Positions 35,124 to 44,146 of a stretch of 51,134 nucleotides of DNA are shown here, piece by piece (the stretch's first letter is position 1; each line of letters opens with the position of its first letter). The stretch spans positions 1 through 51,134 of the IMG/VR virus record IMGVR_UViG_3300025429_000023; one strand, written 5' to 3'. This stretch comes from a virus. Its lineage: Duplodnaviria > Caudoviricetes. The translations under genes were made by a program, and so were the position numbers. The notes below the pieces were generated by a model, which worked only from the letters and a program-made list of their open reading frames with translations, was not told the origin of the DNA and did not search any database.

Positions 35124-35340
35124 TGGTTGTGCCCACCAAGAACCAAAAATCAAATATGTTTATATGCCGATACCGCTAGAGAGGCCTGTTAGACCTGATT
35201 TTCCTAAGGTGAAAGGTTCCGATCTATCATGTGTACCGAGTGATACTAAACAACAATTGTTGATGAGAGATGATGTAATTAAATCTTACATCAATAGACT
35301 TGAAGCGACAATTGATGCCACTAAAGTTACAGACCAGTAA
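35077..35340 (+). CDS. outer-membrane lipoprotein, o-spanin-like
   Basis: Lipobox ISGC, Pro-rich segment, C-terminal helix; overlaps the previous gene. Confidence 0.7.
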   Translation: MQKLKNLILITFLMISGCAHQEPKIKYVYMPIPLERPVRPDFPKVKGSDLSCVPSDTKQQLLMRDDVIKSYINRLEATIDATKVTDQ

Positions 35341-35572
35341 ATTTACAACCAAGAACTGCTTGAGTACCCATTAACACCTGCAATCCTTGTTTTGGTGTTA
35401 ATGGTGTACCCGATTCATAATCCCTTTTGCCATAATACTGCATTAATTCACTATTCATTTTAGGTTCTACTGTACAATCACTAAAACCTTCATATCTTGC
35501 ACAACTAATAGAAAACAACATTCCTGCCGTTAGTATAAACAACTTGAGAATGTTCATTTTCCTGTTTTTCAA
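35327..35572 (-). CDS. putative lipoprotein
   Basis: Signal-like LKLFILTAGMLFSISC. Confidence 0.5.
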   Translation of the reverse strand: MKNRKMNILKLFILTAGMLFSISCARYEGFSDCTVEPKMNSELMQYYGKRDYESGTPLTPKQGLQVLMGTQAVLGCKFTGL

Positions 35573-35786
35573 TTTTAATCCATTCTGAGTCGGAGAATTT
35601 ATAACCTTCTCTTTCTTGAACTGTTATTTTCAGATAATTGATCTTTTCTCTTATATATTTGGCTAGACTGACGTTATCTATACCACCAACTCTAATGAAC
35701 AATACATTCTTTTCATACTTTACTTCTGGTTCAAAACCAAAATTGTTTTTCACCAATTGAATGGCTTGATCAAGTGTATAAGGCAT
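35505..35786 (-). CDS. hypothetical protein
   Basis: ORF track. Confidence 0.5.
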   Translation of the reverse strand: MPYTLDQAIQLVKNNFGFEPEVKYEKNVLFIRVGGIDNVSLAKYIREKINYLKITVQEREGYKFSDSEWIKIEKQENEHSQVVYTNGRNVVFY

Positions 35787-35788
35787 AA

Positions 35789-36154
35789 TTAGAAATCCTT
35801 TCTTTTACCTATACCCATTGGCATTCTAGGATCAGAAACTTTCTTCTTACGCTTTCGAAGGTCAACGCCAGGTTCACCTCCTTTTCCCCCGCTACCAGCA
35901 ATTGCACCACCACCAACTACGTTGGTTGGGCCACCGGCAACTGCTCCGGCACCCATTCCATCTTCTTTTAAATCTTTACCGTCATGACTGACCACATGAA
36001 TGGTACCAAATCCAGGTTTATGATTTGAATCCATTCTTACATTTTTATAACCACTTGTTGCTAATTTTTTAGCGTGAGCTATAGCACCCTTTTCACTAAA
36101 GTGTATTGATTTTCTATCTTCTTCTTCGGTTACAAACTGTTTAAATGTTTTCAT
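35789..36154 (-). CDS. putative internal head protein
   Basis: MKTFKQFVTE resembles the T4 capsid-targeting sequence; internal LKE site before a Gly-rich module. Confidence 0.6.
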   Translation of the reverse strand: MKTFKQFVTEEEDRKSIHFSEKGAIAHAKKLATSGYKNVRMDSNHKPGFGTIHVVSHDGKDLKEDGMGAGAVAGGPTNVVGGGAIAGSGGKGGEPGVDLRKRKKKVSDPRMPMGIGKRKDF

Positions 36155-36543
36155 CTACATTTCCATTTTCTTAGAGATAAAGCCTTTCTTGTAGGTTCAC
36201 CATTAGGTTTCTTCATAGGACCAGGCATACCACTCATTCTTGCACAAAATGACTTTCTGCGTTTTGCAGCTTTACTACCAGGTTTTACTTTACCTGTAAC
36301 AGCCTTTTTTAATTTAGAACCTGGATTTTCTCTACGGTATGATGCAATACCTTTTGCATTCAAACCACCAGTAGGACTTTTACCTTCTTTGCGTTTCCAT
36401 GCAGCTGACTTTTCATCTAACTGAACTTCTTCAGGAACACAATTAGGAACTGTTTTACCACCTTTCTTTTTAGTACCAATTGCGGTATAACCTTTCCAAC
36501 AAGATTTCTTTAAATCTTCTCTGAGTTCTTTAAATGTCTTCAT
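36151..36543 (-). CDS. putative internal head protein (DUF6321-like basic domain)
   Basis: MKTFKELRE; CWKGY...VPNCV module; LDE; AW.RKEGK..GGLN...RRKSFCARM...W.C. Confidence 0.7.
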   Translation of the reverse strand: MKTFKELREDLKKSCWKGYTAIGTKKKGGKTVPNCVPEEVQLDEKSAAWKRKEGKSPTGGLNAKGIASYRRENPGSKLKKAVTGKVKPGSKAAKRRKSFCARMSGMPGPMKKPNGEPTRKALSLRKWKCR

Positions 36544-36923
36544 ATGCTTAGTAGTATCTCTGCAACAATGGGGTCTATAGGTATATCATAAGAATTTATA
36601 TTTTTTCCTCTAATACCATCTATTTCTTCTGGCATTATTCTAAGATAACATAAAAATGTTTTCAATATATCATAATCCCTTTCATCAATCTTATAGAATA
36701 AAATTCTTGTTGTGGCTACAGGACCAAAAACATTATTCAATAAAATGATGTGATTTAGTATCAATCTTTCTTTGAGAATTTTGGTAACTTTATATTTACG
36801 AAACAACCTTTTAAGATACTTCGTTCTTTTAATGTCACCTTCAAACTCCGATAAAATGCAATGAGGTGACATGTAACACTTCATTGCATATATCAGAAAA
36901 TTATCTTCAGTTAAATTTTGCAT
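36540..36923 (-). CDS. conserved T4-like hypothetical protein
   Basis: LTEDNF..YAMK.Y..P.C...EF..D.KR.KYLKRL...ERLILNHII...NVFG. Confidence 0.75.
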   Translation of the reverse strand: MQNLTEDNFLIYAMKCYMSPHCILSEFEGDIKRTKYLKRLFRKYKVTKILKERLILNHIILLNNVFGPVATTRILFYKIDERDYDILKTFLCYLRIMPEEIDGIRGKNINSYDIPIDPIVAEILLSI

Positions 36924-36927
36924 AATT

Positions 36928-36948
36928 AAAGGGGGATAAAAATCCCCC
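36928..36948 (-). terminator. hairpin, possible weak terminator
   Basis: GGGGGAT/ATCCCCC stem followed by TTT. Confidence 0.5.
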
Positions 36949-36952
36949 TATA

Positions 36953-37582
36953 TTATAGACCAGAGACAATCTGGCCGGCAGTTGTGTTACCTGAATTGGT
37001 ATTAGAAGCAGAAGAGTTAGCTAATGCAACTAAAGTTTCTTTCAAATAACGAACAGTACCATCATTATTAACCTTTTTAGTGATTTTATTCCAACCTGTA
37101 TTTAAATTACCAATGTTAGCAATTGCACCATTAGCGGTTGTAGTATTTGCTGCTCTTGTTGTAGTAATAAGAATGGTATCGTAGAAATATGTATTTGCTG
37201 GTGAAGGCCATGCAATAGACTTGTCAAATTCGACACCCCATCCAGAGTTAACCACACCAAATAAATTATTTGTTAATGTGATTGTATTACCACTAATCGA
37301 ACTAACCTGTGTATTTGATGCAAAGAATCCTGGAATACCATTACCAGATTGGCCTCCATTGTTTGCATTAAATCCGTTAGCCCAAAAATATACATATTGT
37401 CCTGCTGAAACACCGATGTTAGCTACGTTATTTTGAGCACCATCGTTATAAGAAACCGAAATTATGTTATTACCAGCTGTATTACCAGCATAAACATATA
37501 GCTGAACATTTTCTCTTGTTTGACGTTCATAACCAAACTTAGGTTTGGTTTTTGGTCCGTCAGTATTAGACCATGATGGCAT
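36953..37582 (-). CDS. putative virion structural protein
   Basis: Asn/Gly/Thr-rich; MP.W.NTD start and GW...G.VR...ETLVA tail; GATAAATA late-type promoter at 37614-37621. Confidence 0.6.
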   Translation of the reverse strand: MPSWSNTDGPKTKPKFGYERQTRENVQLYVYAGNTAGNNIISVSYNDGAQNNVANIGVSAGQYVYFWANGFNANNGGQSGNGIPGFFASNTQVSSISGNTITLTNNLFGVVNSGWGVEFDKSIAWPSPANTYFYDTILITTTRAANTTTANGAIANIGNLNTGWNKITKKVNNDGTVRYLKETLVALANSSASNTNSGNTTAGQIVSGL

Positions 37583-37612
37583 TTGAATTCTCCTAGAATA
37601 AGTTTTACTGTA

Positions 37613-38404
37613 TTATTTATCTTTTTTATTTTCTTCTTTCTTCTTGTCTTTATCTTTGTCTTTTCCTTTTGTTATATCTGGTTGGCCAGGACGATTTCTC
37701 ATCATAGGATCAATTTCTATGGTGTCTCTTTTCTGTCCTGTTAAAGTTGATCCACCAGTCATAACAGCGGCTGCATGGGGTTTATTTTCACCGACACTAT
37801 CTTTTTTATCAGCTGTTTCTATTTTAGGTTTTTTACCGTATGTTGCAACAGACTTATCTTCCTTCTCATGGTCATACAAATCTTCATTCACTTTTTTCTT
37901 GAAAATCGATTTAATCAATTTTGCAGCTCTTGAAAGTTTCTCAGAAACATCATTTGTATTATTTGCGCCATCAAACACAGTCTGTGTTGCAGCCTGTGGA
38001 TCTTGATATACATCTTCTCTTTTCAAACCAGGTGTAGTAACAACATTGTGCATAGATTGTCTAGCTTTCAGTTGTTTATGTCTTTTTGCAGTAGCATTAA
38101 TACTACCTTTTACATCAGAAAGACCTTTATCAATTTCTTCCTTTTTGACAACCGGAAGTCTACCACCAGAAACATGGTCTCTTTTCCATTTTTCAAATTC
38201 GCCAGTCTTTGAAGCAGAAATCTTAGATATTTTACTTGCAGTTTTAGGATTCAATCCTTTTGTTTGCATATATCTATTAAGTAAATCATCTTCATTAATG
38301 CCGGCCTTCGCAGACCATGGATCTTTAGGATCGACACCAAACTTAGGTTTTTCCCTGACAGTATCTTTAACAATTGATTTTATCTTGTCAGATTTGCTGC
38401 TCAT
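37613..38404 (-). CDS. Lys-rich modular protein, putative internal head protein
   Basis: INE, KEE, VSE and VNE sites between modules. Confidence 0.6.
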   Translation of the reverse strand: MSSKSDKIKSIVKDTVREKPKFGVDPKDPWSAKAGINEDDLLNRYMQTKGLNPKTASKISKISASKTGEFEKWKRDHVSGGRLPVVKKEEIDKGLSDVKGSINATAKRHKQLKARQSMHNVVTTPGLKREDVYQDPQAATQTVFDGANNTNDVSEKLSRAAKLIKSIFKKKVNEDLYDHEKEDKSVATYGKKPKIETADKKDSVGENKPHAAAVMTGGSTLTGQKRDTIEIDPMMRNRPGQPDITKGKDKDKDKKKEENKKDK

Positions 38405-39717
38405 TACTTTGGACCTGCATGGAATTTAACTTTAGTTGATTTAAAATCTGCACCTGGGCCAACGTCATCTTTTTTCCCACCTTTAACTGGGCCTTTTAGC
38501 ATATCAGTTGATCTTGTTTCATAATCAAGTTCTTCTGATGTTCCAATCTTACCTAACATTTCACTCTTCATTCTCTTCATGGCATGACGAGCAACTTCTT
38601 TTACTCTAGCCGCAGGTGTTATTGGATTGCTTGATGGGTTTGCATTCTGTACAAAAGGAGAATCAGAACCACAACCTGCATCCATACTTGGATCTTTACC
38701 TTCATCAATCTCAACATCTTCTTTCTTGAGTTTCTTCATGTCTTTAAATTTCTTCAGTCCTTTACCAGCAGCATTAGCAGCGGCAGAAGCAGCAGAAGAT
38801 TTACTTCTTGTTGACTTCTTCCAAGGACCATCAGCAATATCTGTCCACTTGTCTTCGTTGACTTCAGATTCTTCATTATATGTTGATTTAGGGAATCCAC
38901 CAGCAGTTTTACCTTTCTTCCCACCACTCGTCAAATTATAGTAACGATTGGAATTTCTTATTGCTTTCTCTGCTTCCTTTTGATCACCGCCGTGTTGTGA
39001 ATGTTTTATAACCTTTCCGAATGATGCCCATCCTTTCTTTTCTGCTTCATTTCCACGTTTAATTCGTCCAAGAAGAGATTTCTTGTCTAGTTCATCAATC
39101 TGTTCTACTGACTCATCAACTTCCTTTGGTGTCTTCTTTGCCAACTTACCAATTTCCTTATCTGGATCAGTTTTCTTGTCTGCTTCAATTGGCTTTGCCT
39201 TCATTCTCTTGAGTTCAGCATCAGCACGACGAACATCATCATCTTCATCGTCATCATCCCAACGTTCTTCAAGAGTTTCTTCTTTCATTGCCATCTTGGT
39301 AGCGGTAGCATACATTACTTCTTTCCAACGCTTACCATACTTAGCCTTGAATTCTTTTTCTCTATCCTTCATAGACAGAACAATTTTTTCTTTTTTCTTT
39401 GTCTGTGCAGGAGTCATTTCCTTTTCATCAATCTGTTCAATATCGAACTGTTTGTTCTTAAAAGAATCGATTAGATAGTCTTTGAATGAAAGGTCTTCTT
39501 TATGGAATTTCTTAGATGCTGTGAAATAATCATCATGTCTCTTCATCTTACGTTCCATAGAGTCTGGGTTCTTAGGATCAGCCATTCTCTTTGTATTTGC
39601 TCTCATGTAGTTGCCGAGAGTTTTCTTTGACAGTTCATCAATCTGTTCCGGTTCTTCAGAGATAATCTTATCCACGGCATCAGTAACAGAGTCTTTTATA
39701 AATTTATTGTTAAACAT
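38404..39717 (-). CDS. Lys/Glu-rich modular protein with repeated EQIDE sites
   Basis: EQIDE x3, TLEE, EVNE, EIDE. Confidence 0.7.
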   Translation of the reverse strand: MFNNKFIKDSVTDAVDKIISEEPEQIDELSKKTLGNYMRANTKRMADPKNPDSMERKMKRHDDYFTASKKFHKEDLSFKDYLIDSFKNKQFDIEQIDEKEMTPAQTKKKEKIVLSMKDREKEFKAKYGKRWKEVMYATATKMAMKEETLEERWDDDDEDDDVRRADAELKRMKAKPIEADKKTDPDKEIGKLAKKTPKEVDESVEQIDELDKKSLLGRIKRGNEAEKKGWASFGKVIKHSQHGGDQKEAEKAIRNSNRYYNLTSGGKKGKTAGGFPKSTYNEESEVNEDKWTDIADGPWKKSTRSKSSAASAAANAAGKGLKKFKDMKKLKKEDVEIDEGKDPSMDAGCGSDSPFVQNANPSSNPITPAARVKEVARHAMKRMKSEMLGKIGTSEELDYETRSTDMLKGPVKGGKKDDVGPGADFKSTKVKFHAGPK

Positions 39718-40924
39718 CTTTCTTTCCTTTTTTCTTTTTAATTGTTATACCAATGTTTCTATTTTGATCTTTGTAAGATTGCATAGGTTCTTTGTTACTA
39801 GCACCACCAAGAACACCACCAACACCCATTCCATCAGCATCATTCTGAAAACCGTTGAATTCCTTTAATGATTTCTTAAATTTCTTGAAAGGTTTCTTTT
39901 CAACATCATATGAACTACTTAGTGGGTTAGGACTCGCACCTTTGGTCATTCCAGCAAAATTAATAACATCGTCATTATTAAAATCTCTATCTTCACTATA
40001 GGTTTGATTACCTAAACCAGCACCAGCTGCTGCTCCTTGACCACCAGCTCTAGTATCATATTCTGGCCCTATTCCGGATGGTCGACCTACTCTACCAGCA
40101 CTCAAAGACTTATCACCTCTTTTCAACTTTTTATTCTTATCATTATCTTTGTTGAAATTAGGTTCTTTCGGTGGTGGGCTATATGTCATATGCGGTTGAC
40201 TTGCCTCACTATATGTTCTAAAAGTATATGTTTTAGTTTTCTTAGGTGCATCATACTTGATATTATCAACACGTTCACTTGAACGATTATCTGGTGTTAT
40301 ATCATCAGGACCGTCAGCCTTCAATGCAGGGTTGATCTTTTTCTTGAACTCTTTTAGTATGTTTTTACCTAGAAAAGTATTTATCTTTTCGTGTGTTTTT
40401 TGTATTTCTTCTGATAACTCTTCAATAGAACCCATGTTATTGAATTCTATATAATTATCAAAAGAATCTGAAAACACATCTTTGTTTTCTTGTGCCTTTA
40501 ACCATCTTGAATGACGAACTGATTCATTCATTGATCTGGATAGTTTTTCGTTACGTTCTTTGCTAACTTGATCTGAAGTATTAGTGTAAACCATTATAGT
40601 TGTGTAACCAAACTCTTCAAGTTCTTCTTTGATGTAAAGAATCTTATCAATATCACTAGCTGGAGCATTAATTACCAGCGGCATTCTATGTCTAATAGAT
40701 TCCATTCTGTAATCTTTTGATTTTGATAACATATTATCTTTATCTGCAAGGAAATTATATACTTGAAGATGGTTGAGTTCACTTATATCAGTTTCGGACA
40801 AAACATCACGAATGATAACATCCTTTCCTGATCCTGGACCACCAGAAACGAAAATAGCCTTAGACATAGTATCATGTCTTCTATTTTCCGAGATATTAAC
40901 AATAAAATCTTTGAAATTTTTCAT
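39710..40924 (-). CDS. P-loop kinase (Pnk/zeta-toxin/AAA_33-like) with low-complexity tail
   Basis: AIFVSGGPGSGKD Walker A, LVIN, GY...MVY.NT...S.ERN..R lid; MKNFKDF start. Confidence 0.75.
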   Translation of the reverse strand: MKNFKDFIVNISENRRHDTMSKAIFVSGGPGSGKDVIIRDVLSETDISELNHLQVYNFLADKDNMLSKSKDYRMESIRHRMPLVINAPASDIDKILYIKEELEEFGYTTIMVYTNTSDQVSKERNEKLSRSMNESVRHSRWLKAQENKDVFSDSFDNYIEFNNMGSIEELSEEIQKTHEKINTFLGKNILKEFKKKINPALKADGPDDITPDNRSSERVDNIKYDAPKKTKTYTFRTYSEASQPHMTYSPPPKEPNFNKDNDKNKKLKRGDKSLSAGRVGRPSGIGPEYDTRAGGQGAAAGAGLGNQTYSEDRDFNNDDVINFAGMTKGASPNPLSSSYDVEKKPFKKFKKSLKEFNGFQNDADGMGVGGVLGGASNKEPMQSYKDQNRNIGITIKKKKGKKDV

Positions 40925-42729
40925 TTACTTTTTGTTCTTTGTTGTATTCTTTTAACAATGGACTTGACCATACCACGACTTAAATTAGGATGTAACATAC
41001 TTTGTACTGTATCAACATCACCTTCTCTAGCAGCCTTTCTAACATCAGAAGCATGTACACCATCACGACCAGATGCATCTCTCATGTTATTCTGGTCATG
41101 TCTTGTCATAACGTGAATAGATTTGAAGTTGTATCCTCGGCCATTCTTGTCAAACTTTCCATTATACGCATGAAGGCTGTTCTTCATTTCTTCAATTCTA
41201 TCATCACCTAATACAACAGTTGCGTGTCTATATCCTTTTGCATGAAGGTCTGCCAATGCATGAAATATAGATGGTGAAGTCTTTGAAGAGGTGTGAAATA
41301 TACCTCTATGTTCAGGATGAGCTTGTCTTAAAACAGCAACCTTTTCGTTACCTGTCAATGGATTCTTGTCTTTATCATGTGAATGACTAACGAACACATG
41401 AGGGTCTCCACCAATATCATTTGCATGATCAACTACAGCATCAACCAAATGACTGTGTTCTTTATGTGGAGGAGAGAATCTTCCAAATGTAATAACAGCA
41501 TGTTTACTTTTGGGTTTATAATTGGTCAGAGATTCTAAGAACATATTTTCCGTAACTGGTTTACGGAAACGAGCATTCATATTGAAATTGTTTCTACTGA
41601 AATCAGCACGATTGACCAATTTCAATGTATTGATGTTGTGGTGTTCAGGTGAATCGAATGTCCATCCTTCCGCACCAGTCTGTCTAAATGATCCATCAGC
41701 GTTTTCTAGATGATGTGTCACTTTACTGTTAGAATCAGCTTTATTAATCAAATCAACTAAATGATCTTTCGCTTCTTCTGTTGCTGCATGTAAATTAACA
41801 CCGTGTTGAATATGTTGACGATTATCACTCAACATTTGTATGTGTTTTTGTTGAGATTCGATTTTCTGTTTCTTAGCTTTATCAGTTTTTACTTTATCGA
41901 TACCCTTTTGATGTTGTTCATTAACATGATTAATGAAATCATTGACATTAGGTTTAGAACCTTCCCTGACAGTTCTATTGATATAAGTCTTGAAGTGTTC
42001 TTTAACATCAGGATGACTCATGAAGTCGAATGCTTCTTTTGGAGTATTGCTTATTGTATTAGATAACTTCTTCAATACCTTTTTTGTCTGTTCATTCTTT
42101 TGAATCTTAGGTGCAGACAGGTCCATGTTATAAACATCTGGATGTTCCTTTACATCACCTGGTTCTAATGGTTTTCTTTCACCCTTTTCATTGAAAGCTG
42201 AGTGCATAGCAACACCAACCTTTGCATTCTTGATTTTTTGTGCTTCTGCATCATCATGAACTTCATTTTTGATAGTGTTGGGTTTAAAAGAAACACTACC
42301 ATTCTTTTCCTTTTCTACTTCTTTTGGAGTAAATAAGAACTCACCAGAAATATGGCGATTATTTCCAGAAATTTTGTGTGCATTATCAAGTAACTGATGT
42401 AATTTATCAGCCAGGCCAGGAGAGTGGCCATGGTTTTTTTCTATGTCTTCGTGTGTGTAATTGATCTTTGGATCTTTGTTGTCAATGGACTTGGTAGCAA
42501 TACCTTTTTTACCTTGAACATTGGTAACAATATGAAATGCCAATGAACCATCACCTTTCTTTTGTAATGGGTGACGGTTATTAGCAGTATCTTGTAATAA
42601 TTTATGTGCTGCTACAGCACCTTCTTTACCATGATCCAAAAACAATTCTTCTGGGTGTCTATAATGCCCACGATAACCACCAAGATTATCGAATACAGAT
42701 TCCTGTAAATAGAATTTAAAATTTATCAT
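40921..42729 (-). CDS. fusion: ATP-dependent ligase-like nucleotidyltransferase domain plus HIGH-family (cytidylyl/adenylyl)transferase
   Basis: N-domain KGDG, GEFLF, EGWTF, LKLV; C-domain TFGRFSPPHKEH, KNPL, V.G.DR, ASDVR. Confidence 0.75.
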   Translation of the reverse strand: MINFKFYLQESVFDNLGGYRGHYRHPEELFLDHGKEGAVAAHKLLQDTANNRHPLQKKGDGSLAFHIVTNVQGKKGIATKSIDNKDPKINYTHEDIEKNHGHSPGLADKLHQLLDNAHKISGNNRHISGEFLFTPKEVEKEKNGSVSFKPNTIKNEVHDDAEAQKIKNAKVGVAMHSAFNEKGERKPLEPGDVKEHPDVYNMDLSAPKIQKNEQTKKVLKKLSNTISNTPKEAFDFMSHPDVKEHFKTYINRTVREGSKPNVNDFINHVNEQHQKGIDKVKTDKAKKQKIESQQKHIQMLSDNRQHIQHGVNLHAATEEAKDHLVDLINKADSNSKVTHHLENADGSFRQTGAEGWTFDSPEHHNINTLKLVNRADFSRNNFNMNARFRKPVTENMFLESLTNYKPKSKHAVITFGRFSPPHKEHSHLVDAVVDHANDIGGDPHVFVSHSHDKDKNPLTGNEKVAVLRQAHPEHRGIFHTSSKTSPSIFHALADLHAKGYRHATVVLGDDRIEEMKNSLHAYNGKFDKNGRGYNFKSIHVMTRHDQNNMRDASGRDGVHASDVRKAAREGDVDTVQSMLHPNLSRGMVKSIVKRIQQRTKSK

Positions 42730-42747
42730 GTATTATCCTTATGAATT

Positions 42748-42780
42748 GCAACACACTATGGTTGCCTAAAGGTATTTATA
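42748..42780 (-). promoter_or_regulatory. T4 late promoter with leader hairpin
   Basis: TATAAATA at 42773-42780; GCAAC-N8-GTTGC at 42748-42765. Confidence 0.75.
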
Positions 42781-43408
42781 TATTCTTTTTTGCTACAACA
42801 GTTAGAATATTTGGCCACATATCGACCGGTTTTCTTATTTGATCTTCTTCATTTCCGATATGAATAATAGAACAATTTGCATCAGTTAGTAGTCCAACCA
42901 AACCATGTACATCAAAATGATGAAAATGTTCATTTGGTTTTCTGTGTTTCCAGTTTTTAAATGATCCGACACCCAAGAATTCATGGAACCAAGGAACAGA
43001 AATAACAAAATACTTCGCCTTCTTATTATTCAAGAAAGATACCAAGTCTTCCTCTACGATATGTTCTATCGAATCAAAGAAAGTCATAACATCAACTTCT
43101 AGATTATCAATATCACTTACAGAATGTACACCTTCCGGTACAGGATAATCTGAAATATCATATGCATGTGATGTGTGACCTTTAGATTGGCAATATCGAA
43201 TAAATGCACCATTACCATATCCAAAATCACAAATAGAATCAAATTCCTTTACATATTGCTTAACAATATTGTATCTAATTTCAGACATTGCATCGGATGG
43301 AATATTGTTGTAATAATTACAATATTCTATTGAGTATTGGGGACCAATACCAGTTACTTCTGTTTGATATAAGTGACCGGCTCTTAAAAATCTATAGTTT
43401 TCTTTCAT
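42776..43408 (-). CDS. class I SAM-dependent methyltransferase
   Basis: ICDFGYGNGAF, YDI, FFDSIEHI, EH.HHF. Confidence 0.85.
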   Translation of the reverse strand: MKENYRFLRAGHLYQTEVTGIGPQYSIEYCNYYNNIPSDAMSEIRYNIVKQYVKEFDSICDFGYGNGAFIRYCQSKGHTSHAYDISDYPVPEGVHSVSDIDNLEVDVMTFFDSIEHIVEEDLVSFLNNKKAKYFVISVPWFHEFLGVGSFKNWKHRKPNEHFHHFDVHGLVGLLTDANCSIIHIGNEEDQIRKPVDMWPNILTVVAKKNI

Positions 43409-44145
43409 AGTAATCTTTCTAATTCAGTTGCGTGTACCATTTGTGACTTTCTGTTTTTATAGAAATGTTTTTCAAACACTTTGTCGATATTACAGTTATC
43501 CCAAGACACATCATTTCCGTTTCTATACTCTGGTTTCCAGTCTTCGGGTTTCCAGACAATAAATGTTTCTTTATTAAGTAAATCCGCAATAACAGAAACA
43601 CCAGTCAGATTTGTGATAAAAGGTTTCGTTGAATTCTTGATAATATAACAATTAGTTAGAATGTCATTGTTATAATCAATGAATTCAAAGTCAGAAAGAT
43701 AGGTCAAAATGTTACATTCTCTTCTTCTATCTGTAAATTGACCAGCCCAGCGATCACCAACATAATAGTTATCTTTAACTTCAATGTCACAATGGGGGAA
43801 TTTGATTTCAAAATCATCATCTACTTCAAAATCGGGGTTTAGGTTGTCTCTTATCCAATTTTCATATTTGCACGTTTCATGTGGACGAATATCAGAATTT
43901 ACTGTGTGTCTACAGTTCCAAATGTCTAACTGTACCACATTATAATCGATATTGATCTCATTGTCAAGATATACGTTGTCGAACAAATCTTGGTATAAGA
44001 AAAATTCTCTTATACCTTTGAATTGTGTCAGTTCATGTTTTATAACTAGATCAAATTTACCTATTTTCTTATTTAATCCTGATAATACTGGTAGTGAATT
44101 TAACAAATCACCTAAAGAACCAATATGCTTGATATAAAGTTTCAT
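43405..44145 (-). CDS. glycosyltransferase-like (GT9/heptosyltransferase-like)
   Basis: GSLGDLLNSLPVL N-terminus and FITNLTGVSVIADLL; start at MKLYIK. Confidence 0.55.
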   Translation of the reverse strand: MKLYIKHIGSLGDLLNSLPVLSGLNKKIGKFDLVIKHELTQFKGIREFFLYQDLFDNVYLDNEINIDYNVVQLDIWNCRHTVNSDIRPHETCKYENWIRDNLNPDFEVDDDFEIKFPHCDIEVKDNYYVGDRWAGQFTDRRRECNILTYLSDFEFIDYNNDILTNCYIIKNSTKPFITNLTGVSVIADLLNKETFIVWKPEDWKPEYRNGNDVSWDNCNIDKVFEKHFYKNRKSQMVHATELERLL

Positions 44146-44146
44146 A

